A stretch of 63,092 nt of DNA, the filler included, from Atractiella rhizophila (lineage: Eukaryota), in NCBI GenBank assembly GCA_021432655.1. It is 13 parts of 12 records of this genome, joined end to end, with 100 filler letters (N's around TTAATTAATTAA, not from the genome) between each part and the next. Parts side by side here need not be neighbours in the genome. Positions count along the whole stretch, not along the records: positions 36,778 to 42,453 come from MU272355.1; positions 42,554 to 48,226 come from MU272356.1; positions 48,327 to 53,992 come from MU272357.1; 10 more parts are not named here. One strand, given 5' to 3'. Both the position numbers and the translations under genes were made by a program. Shown here in pieces: positions 37,930 to 50,866 of this stretch. Below the pieces are notes generated by a model that was not told the DNA's origin, searched no databases, and saw nothing but the letters and a program-made list of their open reading frames with translations. Every line of letters begins with the position of its first letter. The first letter of the stretch is position 1.

Positions 37930-39070
37930 ATGGTAGCATCATCGAACCAAGCTGCTCCTCTAGTAATTGTAGCAGGAATAACAGGTCAACAAGGTGGATC
38001 CGTCGCAGACGCCCTCATCGGCTCTCCAGATCGTTATAGGATCAGAGGCTTGACGAGGGATGCGGGAAAAGAGAGTGCGAGGAAGTGGGTGGAAAAAGGA
38101 GTTGACGTGAAGGAGGTAAATATCGTTGTTGGAAATGAGGAGGCCGTCAAGGCTGCCCTCCATGGTGCCGACTATGTATTCGTGAGTTTGGTCTGTGGTG
38201 TTTGTGATGAAAGAGATGTCCAACGTTTCAGGTAGTTCGTCACACAATTTTGGGAGCATGTTGACTTGGCCAAGGTCCGTCTTTACATTTGCTCCATTAA
38301 TGCACCCCTGAATTGACGGATGAGACAGGAAGTTGCAGAGTCGAAAATGGTCGTCGACATCGCCCGGTCTCTCCCCACGCTCAAACTCTTTATCTGGTCC
38401 GGTCTCCCCTCCACCTCCGGCGCTTCCCAAGGCAAATACACCCGCGCCATCCACTTCGAGGGCAAGGCTCAAGTCACCTCTTACCTGCAAGAAACCGGCT
38501 GTCCTTTCATCGACGTTCAAGCCGGATGGTACATGCAAAACTTTCTCAGTGTCCTCAAGCCGTCTCCAGAAGGTCAAATTATGTTGCCTTTGGACCCGCA
38601 CGTGAAGCTGCCAGCCATCGATATCCGCGATTATGGACTTTGGGTGTTGGCCGGGATCGAGGGGAAGATCGAGAAAGGGAAGTCGGTGCAAGTCTTTGGG
38701 GAAGAGATTACTTTAGCTGAGTTGGTGAGGGAGATAGAGGACGGTGTGTCCCCTTTCTATCAGGTCGTGACACATGTCCTGATCGGAATCATCAGTGACG
38801 GGGAAGCCGACAACGTATCAAAAAGTCGCGGCGAAGGATCTCCCTTTGATGAAGGGTGTACCGGAGTTCCTGATAGGAGTGTTCCATGATAACTATTCCT
38901 CCTGGGAAGAGTTTGGATGTTCGCATTTCCTCTTCCATCACGTGTTAGTTGCTAATTCACATCCCTGCGCAGATTTTGGGACATGGGTGTTAGAAATCCC
39001 AACTTATTTGAAGAGGAAGCCGAAGACCTGGAAAGAGTTTGCTGTTGAGAACAAGGACTTATTTTACTAG
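37930..39070 (+). CDS. NmrA-like NAD(P)-binding protein, multi-exon
   Basis: VIVAGITGQQGGSVADAL..IRGLTRD; FIWSGLP..HFEGKAQV; AGWYMQNF; IDIRDYG; PKTWKEF. Confidence 0.9.
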
Positions 39071-39416
39071 GCTAGTTAGCTGAATAGTGATTGACGTGCA
39101 CCAAAATCGAGCATTGGTGCTCGATAACATGCAACTGCAATAACCACGGTGCAGCGAACATCTACCTTCAGCTTCATCCGCTCCATAACTAGCTCATCAG
39201 AAAAAAAGGGATCGAAGTGTGTGATATCCCAGGCTGTTGAACCTTCAAGTTTAGAACGTTCAGACAAGTTGTCAAGTTGTCAACTTTGCACCTGACATAT
39301 GCGGCGATGACAAAACATTTGATGGCCACAAACAAGGACACCACTTCTCAAAATACACTAAGCAACTTGAGCCTTTGGAGGCTGAAACCTGTCCACCGCG
39401 ACGGGTATAGCCAGCC

Positions 39417-41857
39417 ATGTCGCTGATTTCGTATGACCCAAGGTCTTTGCTGGAGACGCACAACGCGAAAGGGAAGGAAGTCGCGAGCCTCCTTGACTCT
39501 ATAGATCTGAAGGATGGACCCATAACCCGAAGGACAGTGATTGGAGGTGACAAGCATTACTCAAAACAGGATCTAAGGGCAATGAAGCGTGTCGACAGTT
39601 TGTTAGAATTACGTGAAGGTGTGAACAAAGGTACTTTGCCCTACAGTTTCTTGCTTCTTCCTTCCTTTGCTAATGCTCACTTCAAAGGTGTTTTTATTTT
39701 TCTTCAGGTCAATTCTTCTGCATTCCGCACAGTAGCCATCCACTTCGTGGCTGTGGATCAACAAGGGAATGTAGCACCAGTCCATCTCCTCCACCTCCCT
39801 CGGTCGTCTCTTCGTCCGTTAGAGCACCTCGTTCCATTCCATGCCGTGTTCGGTCTGTGTTCACTTTGAGCAAAACTGGGACAATCGGTTGACCCTTGTG
39901 GAGCAGTACTTCAGGAGCCATACGTCCGCCAAACTCAAGACGGCTTCATCTTGCGTGTCGAATCTCCTACCGATATCGTCTGGTCTCCTTCGTTCGACCA
40001 CTTTAGTCTCACTCCGTCTTTTTACACCGCACTTTTTGCAGGGTTGAGTTTCACCATCCCAAATGATAAACTTGCGGGCAATGAATGGAAGAAACGCGGA
40101 AACATTCATTACCAAAAGAAGGAGTTCCACTCCGCTATGTCTTGCTACAGTCGAGGAATAGCATGCTCCGGCAACCTCGGGAGCGAGAAATCATTGCTTC
40201 GTCTCAATCGCGCAGCAACGCTACTTGTGCTCGACTTCCCTGGTGCTGCCCTCCGCGACCTTTCTCTTATCGAAGTATCTGCTTTAGGAACGGGACCGCA
40301 CATGAAATATCTTGTGCGCAAAGCGACAGCCCTCTACAACATTGGCGCATTCCAAGCTTCCTTCGACCTATCTACGTCTATCCTTAAGGAGTTTGCTTCG
40401 CTAAAAGAAGCGCAAGATATTCTCGATCGTTCGGGAAAGCGCCTAGAAGAAACTAGAGGTCATTTCAATTTTGCAGAGATGTATCATCACCCTCCGTACA
40501 ATGGAGATGTAGCGCCATTCATTGGACCTATAGTGTTACGCAAAACACCTTCAAGCGGACGCGGCCTTTTTGCTACTAGACAGATTCGAGCTGGCGAAGT
40601 GCTTCTGGTATCTGCTCCACTAGCCAGTGTTCATGTTGGAAATGCAGAGAAAGAACTTGTTGTCGGTGCAAATTCCGAGACGGCCATGCTAGCGTCACAC
40701 GCACAAGTAGAACTTGCTGCTAGGTTAGTAGAGAGGATGGAAGATAATCCATATGTTCACTGGATGGTCGAACAGTTGTGGCCGGGACCTCATAAGGCTA
40801 AACTGTCAGGTTGGCAAGCGGAGGAGTTTGATTTGAGGCAGGTCACAGAACGACATCTACGTGGCGAGACGTTTGGGAAATCCATGACAGGCATTGACGT
40901 TGCTCTTGTCGAATCTGCTATCACTTTCAACGTCTTTCGTCCCGAAACGATCACCCAGCAAAGGGCCCCTGACGCAGCTGAGACAAATGCTTATGCGCCA
41001 GCAGCTCTGTATTTCTATTCGTCATTCATGAATTCAGCTTGCCTTGTTAGTTGTTTTCCTTTTCATACCGAGTATTGATTTAGGAATGTTGAAGGGAAAC
41101 GCACTTTACTCTTTCATCGGCGATGTTTGGATTCTGCGGGCTAGTCGCTCGATTGCGGAGGGAGAAGAAGTGATGGATACGTATATCGACCCGTGCAGGA
41201 GATTAGAAGACAGAGAAGAGGTCGCCAGTAAGCATGGCTTCGTTTGCCGATGTGAACTGTGTGTTTGGGATCGAATGGACGGTGTGCAAGAGCGAAAGAA
41301 GAGGTACGCTAAAATTATTTTAGAACGCTATTTGATGCCGCGTTGGTTGTACAGGGCCGATCTTATGTCCAACCTCTCTCGGGGTCTGTCGTTGAAACGT
41401 CTAGTTCAGCTTCGTGAAAAACTGTTGGGCACATATCACCTTTCCTGTTCACCGCTCTCGACGACAAATTGGGGACCAAGAACAATTTTACCCGATGTAT
41501 ACACCGTTGACAGAATTATTGCTGACCTATACCGACAAGCAGGAGACATATCAGCTGCCATTGGGTTTCTGGAAAAGAGTCTGGAAGATTTGGGGCTCCC
41601 TGTGTCACGACGGAAGGAAATGGGGGCCATCACCAATCAGTGGATAGCGAGAATACGTGTAGTGGACGTGATCTTGGTAGCCTTGGAACTGGGGAGCCTT
41701 TCTGATATGTCTGGAAAGAAAGATGATTATCTGTACGTGTCCTCGCAACACAATAATCGCTACTGATGAGGAGCATAGGTTTTATCTTGGTTTAGCCAAA
41801 CTAATTGACGAGCAAGCATTTGGACCGGGTCTACCGATCTCAAGACACGCAATTTGA
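39417..41857 (+). CDS. TPR + SET domain protein (SMYD-like fungal family), multi-exon
   Basis: RVESPTDI; WKKRGNIHY (TPR); GRGLFATRQIRAGEVLL; FMNSACL|GNA..IGD..RASRSIAEGEEVMDTY; HGFVCRCELC (post-SET). Confidence 0.88.
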
Positions 41858-42553
41858 CATTTGAAATGATGTTTGTGCAGTGGAAATGTCCTTGTTTAAG
41901 TTCCTTTATTTCGCTTGTTGTGATGCTCCGATGTAAGATGTTCAGGAGTCGGCGTGTTCCATGTTCTCCGTAGAGCTACCAAGTGGTTTCTATCCTCAAG
42001 ATCTGTATAACAAACATCCATTGAATTCAGAACTACACTGAAAGTTGGAAATGACATTGGACTTCCAACTTGATCATATCCTCACACAGTCGAACGCCTT
42101 GATTCTCCTTTGCGCTTCTAACAATTTCTTCTGCAGATCGTTCAGCTTGACACGCTCCCTTTCATGAGCTGGGTTGTCCTCCAACATTTGCACGATCTCC
42201 TGTTTGACAGTGTCGTTCATGGAATCAAAGGAAAATTTCTTCAGCAAGGCTTCATGGATCGACTGTGCCAGCGGCCGGAGGAATTTTTGATCGATTGCGA
42301 GAGCGAAGTTGTCGATAATTCTCTATTTCATAGATTGAGCAGAATCTATTGATGGAACTAACTCACTTTGTACGCAATCTAAAAGTTTTTCAGAGCGCGC
42401 AGACAAATAGTTAGAGTAAGCACTTACTTTCCAGTAGGCCAGAACGTCAGCCANNNNNNNNNNNNNNNNNNNNNNNNNNNNNNNNNNNNNNNNNNNNTTA
42501 ATTAATTAANNNNNNNNNNNNNNNNNNNNNNNNNNNNNNNNNNNNNNNNNNNN

Positions 42554-43686
42554 GACAAACGGACATGAAAGCAGTGATACCTTTGCTTCCCTTCTCTGGC
42601 TCTGTTTTTGCATAAACTATAAGAGTAGAAGCATCCGGCCCATTCGTGATCCTATTCGCCATCCAGCCATTTAAGCTACATAGAATGCAGGGGATAAAGT
42701 CGACTCACCAGAACTTATTCCCGTTGAGGATGTACCGATCCCCTTTCTTCTCGGCCTTGAGCTTCATCCCAACGACGTCCGATCCAGCTCCAGGTTCAGA
42801 CATAGCAAGTGATCCAACCTTCCTCCCGGCTATGAGGTCCGGCAGATACTTCTCCTTCTGCTCCTTCGTGCCGTGGCGATGGAGTTGGTTCACGCAGAGG
42901 TTGGAGTGGGCACCGTAGGAAAGAGCGATGGACCCTGAGTATGTGGAAAGCTGCAAAGTTCATTAACATTTGTATCGTGGGGAATGACCAATGGGCAAGT
43001 GGCAGCCAACAAATTATAGCATGGACTAGGACTCATGGTAGCAGGACGAACCTCTTGACGTACGTTCTCCAAACGAGGAAGGAGCGTCCATCACAAAAAC
43101 TCTTAACTTTTCATGTTTGAAAAGATGTTAAAGTTGGTTGTTGACTTGAGACAATAGAAGATGTCAGCCCATTGTGGGTAATTACACCTTCTTCTCAATT
43201 AATGTTTCCATTACTTTTGAATGATATGGAAGTTTAATGAAAAGAAGCTGGCAAGATAATATGAAGTTTCATGAAATAATAAATGGAATCTTTGTAGTAA
43301 AGTAAGAACACGCACCACCTCCATAATAACAGTATGACCCCAATATCCACCCTCCAAACCACCGTATTCCTCTTTCGCGGTAGGACCCAGGATTCCTAAA
43401 TCCCCCATCTTCTTCCAAAGATGATTTGGGAACGCGTTACTTCGATCCACCTCAGCTGCAATCGGTTTGATTTCCTTCTCCGCCCAAGCAGTGACGGTCT
43501 CTCGTAGCTATCAACACACTCATCAGCGCGACGGCTTCCTCGTACTTGAAAAAAGAGAACGACCTCTTGGACCTCGGGCGGAAGTTGATGAAGTGAGGGA
43601 AGGTAGGTTGTGCTGAACTGCCGCCTTTTACAAAGCCCTTGCACAGCGCGTGCAGGCGTAATTAGGCGAAGACTCGGGCGTAGCAT
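42554..43686 (-). CDS. IVD: Mitochondrial isovaleryl-CoA dehydrogenase, 5' part (3' truncated)
   Basis: Presequence; [66 protein letters not shown]. Confidence 0.93.
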
Positions 43687-44272
43687 TTCGTCGTGCTGGG
43701 GAGGATCTGAAGCTTTAAGCTCAAAGAAGTATCCTGGAGGTCCTCGTCGTTCAAGTGAGAGAGGAGAGGAAGGAGCGGGAAGCCGCGAACTTTGGTTTCC
43801 GTTTCGACCTCGCTGACTATCCCTCACTATACCCGTAAAGTCGGGACTAGGTGTTAACGAAACAAAGGCTGCCACTGCAATTGCAAACAGGGCAGGTTTG
43901 CTTGATTGAAAGGGTTGATGTTTACGGGTGAGATCATCGATCAGTACAATCGGTTTGAGCAGTTACGGTGACGGCATCACCATATCCAGTGTGCTAGGTT
44001 CTCGCCTTTTGAGAGGCAGCCAGCAAACATTTCGGGACTTCACACCATCTCCACATTTATCCTCCCTGCAAGAACGTTTACACGCCTTTCCAGTGGCCAG
44101 AAAAACATAAGCATAAGCACATAATCCAGCAGAAGAGATCTTCCACCAGCTTCCAGAATCCAGCTTCGGTTCGACACGCCGTCTGACTCTGCTCACTTCT
44201 CCACTTATAACATTTCAGAACAGTTCTTGCAGTTCTCCATCAGTATCAGCGTCTACGACAGTGACCTTCAGC

Positions 44273-45656
44273 ATGTCCGAAACAACCAACAAGGGCAAGA
44301 GTCAAGTGGTGATCGTGGGAGGAGGGATCATGGGTGTTTGTTCCGCTTACTACCTCCTCCATGCCCAACCTCAAGCTGAAGTTGAAGTAACACTCATCGA
44401 AGAGTCCTATATCGCAGCAGGAGCTTCTGGGAAGGTCCGTTTCTTCTTTTCATCTTCTACCCTTACTCACAGGCTGCAACCGCAAGGCTGGCGGTTTCTT
44501 GGCCTCTGATTGGATCTCTCCTCCCACCGCAGACCTAGGAACCCTTTCCTACAAGCTGCATCAGGAGTTGGCTCTCGAACACGGAGGGGCTGAAAAATGG
44601 GGATATCGGGGGATAAACACCTACGGCGTCACCCTTGATCCAACCCAGACATCTCCCTCTTCTGTCTCACGAGCATGGGAACCCGAAAAGAACGTCGTCT
44701 TCTCCTCTGTTCGCGCCACGCCTTCTCCCATCGTGCAAGAACAGATCGAATCTTGGCTCGACACTCAGGCTATTCAGAGCGTTTCGATCTTAGGCACGGA
44801 CCAGACCACTGCCCAAGTGGATCCTCTCCTCTTCACGAGGGAACTGTTTCGCCTGTCTAGGGAGAAAGGTCTGAAGTATCTGAAGGGGGAGCCGGTGCGA
44901 GTGGAGATGGACTATCAGACACGAGAATTGGAGAATGTCACGATTCGACGGACGGAATCAGCAAATGCGGATGATGGAATGGAGGAGAACGATCCCATCT
45001 TCCTTCCCGACAATCCCTCCTCAGAGCCTACTCGGACTATCAGAGCGAACAAACTCGTGATAGCGGCTGGCCCATGGACCTCACACGTCCTCCAGAAACT
45101 TGGCATCTTTCCGCCAACCACTACTCTCACGCTACCCATCATTCCCCTGCCTGGGCATTCCCTCATCCTCCGCCCTCTGTCATCAACTCCCCTACCTGCC
45201 AGCGCGATCTACGCTTCCGTCAAAGGCGCACAAGCCGGGGAATATCCTCCTTGCCCTGAAACCTTCAACAGGCCAGATGGAACGGTTTATCTGGCAGGAG
45301 CGAACGGAGGAGTTCCAGTCCCCGCCTCAGTCTCAGATTCGCACCTCTTACATGACCGCAAGCGCTTCGATGAGCTCCTGCGCAGTGCGAAGCTCATCTC
45401 CTCCCATTTGGACGTGGATGCTGGCAGATGCGAAGTCATAAAGGAACAGCTGTGCTTTCGCCCTCTTACTCCGGATGGACATTCGATCCTTGGAGAGATT
45501 GTCAAGGATGTCTTGGTCTGTACTGGCGCTGGACCTTGGGGCATCACGCTCGGTCCAGGGATGGGGAAAGTGGTTGCTGAAATGATATTGGGAAAGGAGA
45601 GGAGTGCGGATATCGAGGGATTGGGAGTCGAGAGGTGGTTGAATAAACCGCGGTGA
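44273..45656 (+). CDS. FAD-dependent oxidoreductase, DAO family (TDA3/YHR009C-like)
   Basis: VIVGGGIMG; AAGASGK|AGGFLA; TAQVDP; AAGPWT; QLCFRP; GAGPWGITLGPGMG. One intron. Confidence 0.9.
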
Positions 45657-45773
45657 ATATAGCTTTATTTGTACAGCGTTTGCTCTTTGTATTCAACTGT
45701 GGGCTAAAATTACCGGGAATGTGTATTTGTCTTGCAAATCCGGCACGAAAGAAACGAGTGTGTATATGACTGA

Positions 45774-47337
45774 TTACTCAGTCTTTTTCTCCGTTGTGAC
45801 TGGCGGTCGTTTGAAGCCGTCCATCGCCTTATCAGCATTGGTGAACTGTGCACTCTCCTCAGCCTCTTCTTCCTTCAAAGCAAGTAAAATGAAACGTACC
45901 CAACGTGCCGCATCCCTCAACCAACTAGGCAAGCCTCTCTCCAACCAAGCAAAACCAGTATAGAACGGGACATAAATCTCTCTGCTCTCACAGCAGTCCA
46001 AGACCTGTATGACCTCCTTCGCAACGTTATGAGGCTCGACAATTGGGCAGAAGAAGGAGGCGAGGCCTGGTGCGATGCGGATGGAGGAGAACATCCGTGT
46101 GCGCACTTGACCTGGACATAAGAGGGAGAGGTGGACGTTCCGTAGGTTTTTGGTCGAGGGACTGTTCTTGAGTTCGGCAGTGAGGGAATCGTGCAGCCCT
46201 AACAAAGCAGCCTTGGAGGCACAGTAATCACCTATCATTTACAGGTCAGTGATGACAAGAGTGAGAGCAGGTAATGACCCACTTAGTTGGGAAACTCCTA
46301 TGTGCCCAAGTACAGAGGAGACGGTCACCTTTACCACCCAGACCAATCAGAATGGAAACCAAAAATAGAAGAAGAGGAGTCGAACAATGTGACCGTGATC
46401 GCTCTTGATCATGGCAGGGAGGAAAGCTTTGATAGTCCAAAAGTGGGCGAGCACGTTGACGTCGAAGGTCCTACATCACAAATCCAAATGGTCCATCAGC
46501 AATGAGCCCCAAGGGAGGGAATGAGAGAACATTACTTTTTGATTTCGTTTTCTGAGAGGTCTAGCAAAGACTTTCCTTGCACTACGCCTGCGTTGTTGAT
46601 GAGGATAGTTGGATCGCCTAGCTTTAGCCCATTCGTCAGATAACATCAAGGGAGGGGAGGGAAAATGAAACATACTTCCTTCCTGATTTCTTCAGCCACT
46701 CGATCCACCTCCTCTTTCTTCCCGATATCACACTTGAAGAAATAGACGTCGTCTACGAGGCTGCGTCAGCACTTTACACAAGAGAATCAAGTCGAATGGT
46801 GGAGGCACACCATAATTGTCAATATAGTCAGGCTCTTCAACATCCAGGACAACAACGACGACATGCCGAACCGCAAGCGTCTCCGCTATGATCCGTCCAA
46901 TCCCATTCGCTCCTCCGGTGACGACGACGACCTCCGTCTCCCAGTCTGTCTTCCTGAAATGGGTCAGACCCACCATCCCGAATCGCCAGGAACGGTTAGC
47001 GTAGACGATGTGTGACCATCGGAAGAGGAGGAGGACAACAGTGCTGAACACATATACGCAGGAGTAAAAGAAGACGTTGGTGTTCGTTCCAAAACCCTTT
47101 CCAAAGGTTGAATGTAAGCATATTTCCACGCGGGACGGTGAAGGAGACGAACCTGTGTCATGTAAACTACCGGTACCCACATCGCAAAAGCTGGATTGAG
47201 AATGGACAATTCGGCCACCTTGATGAAGAGGTCGATGTCTGCCAAAGGCTCAAAAAGGACATCAGGTTTTGAGAACGAAACTCACCAAAATGGTCCCATA
47301 TGGCCGTAGGCTCTCTGTTCATTGGTATTTCAGCCAT
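45774..47337 (-). CDS. Membrane-anchored short-chain dehydrogenase/reductase (retinol/17-beta-HSD-like), multi-exon
   Basis: [48 protein letters not shown]. Confidence 0.9.
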
Positions 47338-47562
47338 TTTAAATGAATTCCAGCGAAAGCTCGTCCAGCAAGCACAAAGCGCAAAAAGAAATCGTGGTCG
47401 TTCGAAATGCACGTGCCCGAGAATACGTAAACCGCGCCAAATATTTGGGGACAATCAATCCCAAACTCTCGCCCGCACGAAAACCAAACGACCAAGTCCT
47501 CCAAATTTCTAGCTGACTTTTTCTCTCGCCAGCTTGCTTGGTCGCCCTCGCATGCGCTTGCG

Positions 47563-48226
47563 ATGACCTCCATCTTGACACCGTCGGCTTCTCGCCTGCG
47601 ATTGCCAGGCTCCAAAACGCCAAGGATCAGCGTACCGTCTGCCCTACGCGCTCCGTCCACTCTCACGAGCAAAGGAGCACCCACCAACGCCTCTGCGAAC
47701 ACAGTCCGCACGCAACCAAGGGCAGTGTCGAATCCGAACGCGGTCAGTGGCACGATAGAAGAGGAAAAAGAGGGATTGAGCGATGATGATTTCGAGTTTG
47801 TCGAACGTACTGTAGCTAGGGACTTGTTGGGGACAGAGAGGAAGAAGAAAGTACAGGTACGCGAACTTACCTTTAGGAAGAAAGAGAAGGAAAAAGATAA
47901 GACTGTTCCCAACTCTGCAACCACAAAAACAATGGTTGGAGGTCTTGTCCCAAGAAAAACGATTGGAGGAGGACTCATGCCCCCTCCGTCTCCTGGAAGT
48001 GGAAATGGGGCGAACAAGAAGCCATTCTTATCCACTTCCAAGCCTCCTCCATCCCCAACTCCATCAGCAGCGTCCACATCTGCATCTCCACAGAGCAGCA
48101 TAGTCCCTCCCACTCCCACTCCAATGGCATCTGGCCTCCGTCCCCCTCGGACGTTGCACAAGCGCAACTCTGCAGAACTGCTCCGTCGTCCGCAACAGCC
48201 AACTCACGCGCCTGATAACTTGATAC
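47563..48226 (+). CDS. S/P/T-rich low-complexity protein, 5' fragment, divergent from the SDR gene
   Basis: ORF of more than 220 codons from an ATG, running into the linker. Confidence 0.55.
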
Positions 48227-48326
48227 NNNNNNNNNNNNNNNNNNNNNNNNNNNNNNNNNNNNNNNNNNNNTTAATTAATTAANNNNNNNNNNNNNNNNNN
48301 NNNNNNNNNNNNNNNNNNNNNNNNNN

Positions 48327-50082
48327 ACAGCTTCTCATGCCGGAAAGGAGGAGGATTTGGTTCGCTACTTACAAATGGCCCGCAAGACTCTTCGTGAACC
48401 CAAGATTGACACTGAGCTCGCCGTCGCTTTCGCCAAGACCGACCGCCTGCACGACATGGAGGAGTTCTTGAACTACACGAACGTCGTTGATCAGCTCGCT
48501 GCCGGAGAACAGGTTTTCGAGGCTGGTCTCTACGAGGCTGCTAAGATTCTTTTCTCTAGCATTTCGAACTATGCTCGTTTGGCAACGACTCTCATCTATC
48601 TCGGGGAAAATCAAGCTGCAGTCGATGCGGCAAGGAAAGCTGGCAACACCCAGGTGTGGAAACAGGTCAATGCTGCTTGTATCGACAAGAAAGAGTTCCG
48701 TCTTGCTCAAATTTGTGGTCTGAACCTCATCGTTCACGCTGAGGAGCTACCGGTTTGTTTTCCATTTCATAAATCCAACTTTTCTGATATTTGAACGCAG
48801 GCTCTTATCTCGCTTTACGAAAAACGCGGACACTCCGACGAGCTCATTTCTATGATGGAGGCAGGTCTGGGTTTGGAGAGGGCTCACATGGGAATGTTCA
48901 CCGAGCTCTCGGTTGTATGTCCTTTGACTCTTCCTTCCTGCTGAGTTTTCCTCACAACTTTAAACAGCTCTATGCCAAGTACAAATCGGACCGTATGATG
49001 GAGCACCTTAAGTTGTTCTGGTCTCGAATCAACATCCCCAAGGTCCTCAAAGCTGCCGAGAAGGCTCATCTCTGGCCTGAGCTCGTCTTCCTCTACATCA
49101 AGTACGATGGTATGTTTTTGCTCGTCCCTTCACATATTTTCACAAGACTGATGTCTTTTTGATGCTCAGAGTTCGACAATGCTGCTCTTGCGATGATGGA
49201 GCACTCCGCCGATGGCTGGGAGCACAACCAGTTTAAGGATGTGATCGTCAAGGTCGCGAATATCGAGATTTGTTACAAATCCCTCACGTTTTACCTTCAA
49301 GAACAACCGACGCTCCTCACTGATCTTCTTACCGTCCTCATCAACCGGCTAGATCATACAAGGACGGTCAACATGTTCAGACGGACGGATAATTTGCCAC
49401 TCATCAAGCCTTACCTTATCGCTGTCCAATCCGTACGTGTTCTTCGCATTCTTGATCTGGACCACACGCTAACTCAGGATCGACACAGAAAAACATTCCC
49501 AGTGTCAACGCTGCACTTCATGAGATTCTGATTGAAGAGGAGGATTATAAGACGTTACGCGATAGTATTGATGCCTATGACGCTTATGAGGCTCTCGAGC
49601 TTGCATCGCGGTTAGAGAGACACGAGCTATTGGAGTTCAGGAGGCTGGCTGCTCACCTTTACAAGGTCCACTCTCTTTTCCTTGGTACTTGAAATATTCT
49701 GACGTGCTGGTCCCGTCCAGAAAAACGCTCGATGGGAGCTGTCAATTTCTCTCTCAAAGCAGGACAAGCTCTTCAAGGACGCAATGGAGACCGCCGCCGA
49801 ATCCAACTCTACCGAAGTTGCGGAGGACCTATTGAGCTATTTCGTGGACATCGGATCGAAGGAGTGTTTCGCTGCCTTGCTTTTCATCTGCTACGACCTT
49901 CTCCGGAGGGATGTGGTGGAAGAGTTCTCGTGGCGCCATGCTCTTACGGATTACATCATGCCTTACCGGTTGCAAGTCATGAGGGAACAGCAGACTCAGG
50001 TATGATAGTCTTCTTGTGCTGAGCGGCAGGCACTGACCGCTATGCAGATGGCATCGCTTGAGGAGCAGGTTAAAAAGCTGAC
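48327..50082 (+). CDS. CHC1: Clathrin heavy chain, C-terminal portion, multi-exon
   Basis: [80 protein letters not shown]. Confidence 0.98.
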
Positions 50083-50866
50083 NNNNNNNNNNNNNNNNNN
50101 NNNNNNNNNNNNNNNNNNNNNNNNNNNNNNNNNNNNNNNNNNNNNNNNNNNNNNNNNNNNNNNNNNNNNNNNNNNNNNNNNNNNNNNNNNNNNNNNNNNN
50201 NNNNNNNNNNNNNNNNNNNNNNNNNNNNNNNNNNNNNNNNNNNNNNNNNNNNNNNNNNNNNNNNNNNNNNNNNNNNNNNNNNNNNNNNNNNNNNNNNNNN
50301 NNNNNNNNNNNNNNNNNNNNNNNNNNNNNNNNNNNNNNNNNNNNNNNNNNNNNNNNNNNNNNNNNNNNNNNNNNNNNNNNNNNNNNNNNNNNNNNNNNNN
50401 NNNNNNNNNNNNNNNNNNNNNNNNNNNNNNNNNNNNNNNNNNNNNNNNNNNNNNNNNNNNNNNNNNNNNNNNNNNNNNNNNNNNNNNNNNNNNNNNNNNN
50501 NNNNNNNNNNNNNNNNNNNNNNNNNNNNNNNNNNNNNNNNNNNNNNNNNNNNNNNNNNNNNNNNNNNNNNNNNNNNNNNNNNNNNNNNNNNNNNNNNNNN
50601 NNNNNNNNNNNNNNNNNNNNNNNNNNNNNNNNNNNNNNNNNNNNNNNNNNNNNNNNNNNNNNNNNNNNNNNNNNNNNNNNNNNNNNNNNNNNNNNNNNNN
50701 NNNNNNNNNNNNNNNNNNNNNNNNNNNNNNNNNNNNNNNNNNNNNNNNNNNNNNNNNNNNNNNNNNNNNNNNNNNNNNNNNNNNNNNNNNNNNNNNNNNN
50801 NNNNNNNNNNNNNNNNNNNNNNNNNNNNNNNNNNNNNNNNNNNNNNNNNNNNNNNNNNNNNNNNNN

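Noticed and set aside
37960..48167. Long antisense ORFs (37960-38691, 47319-48167)
   Set aside because: They are shadows of the sense-strand coding regions.
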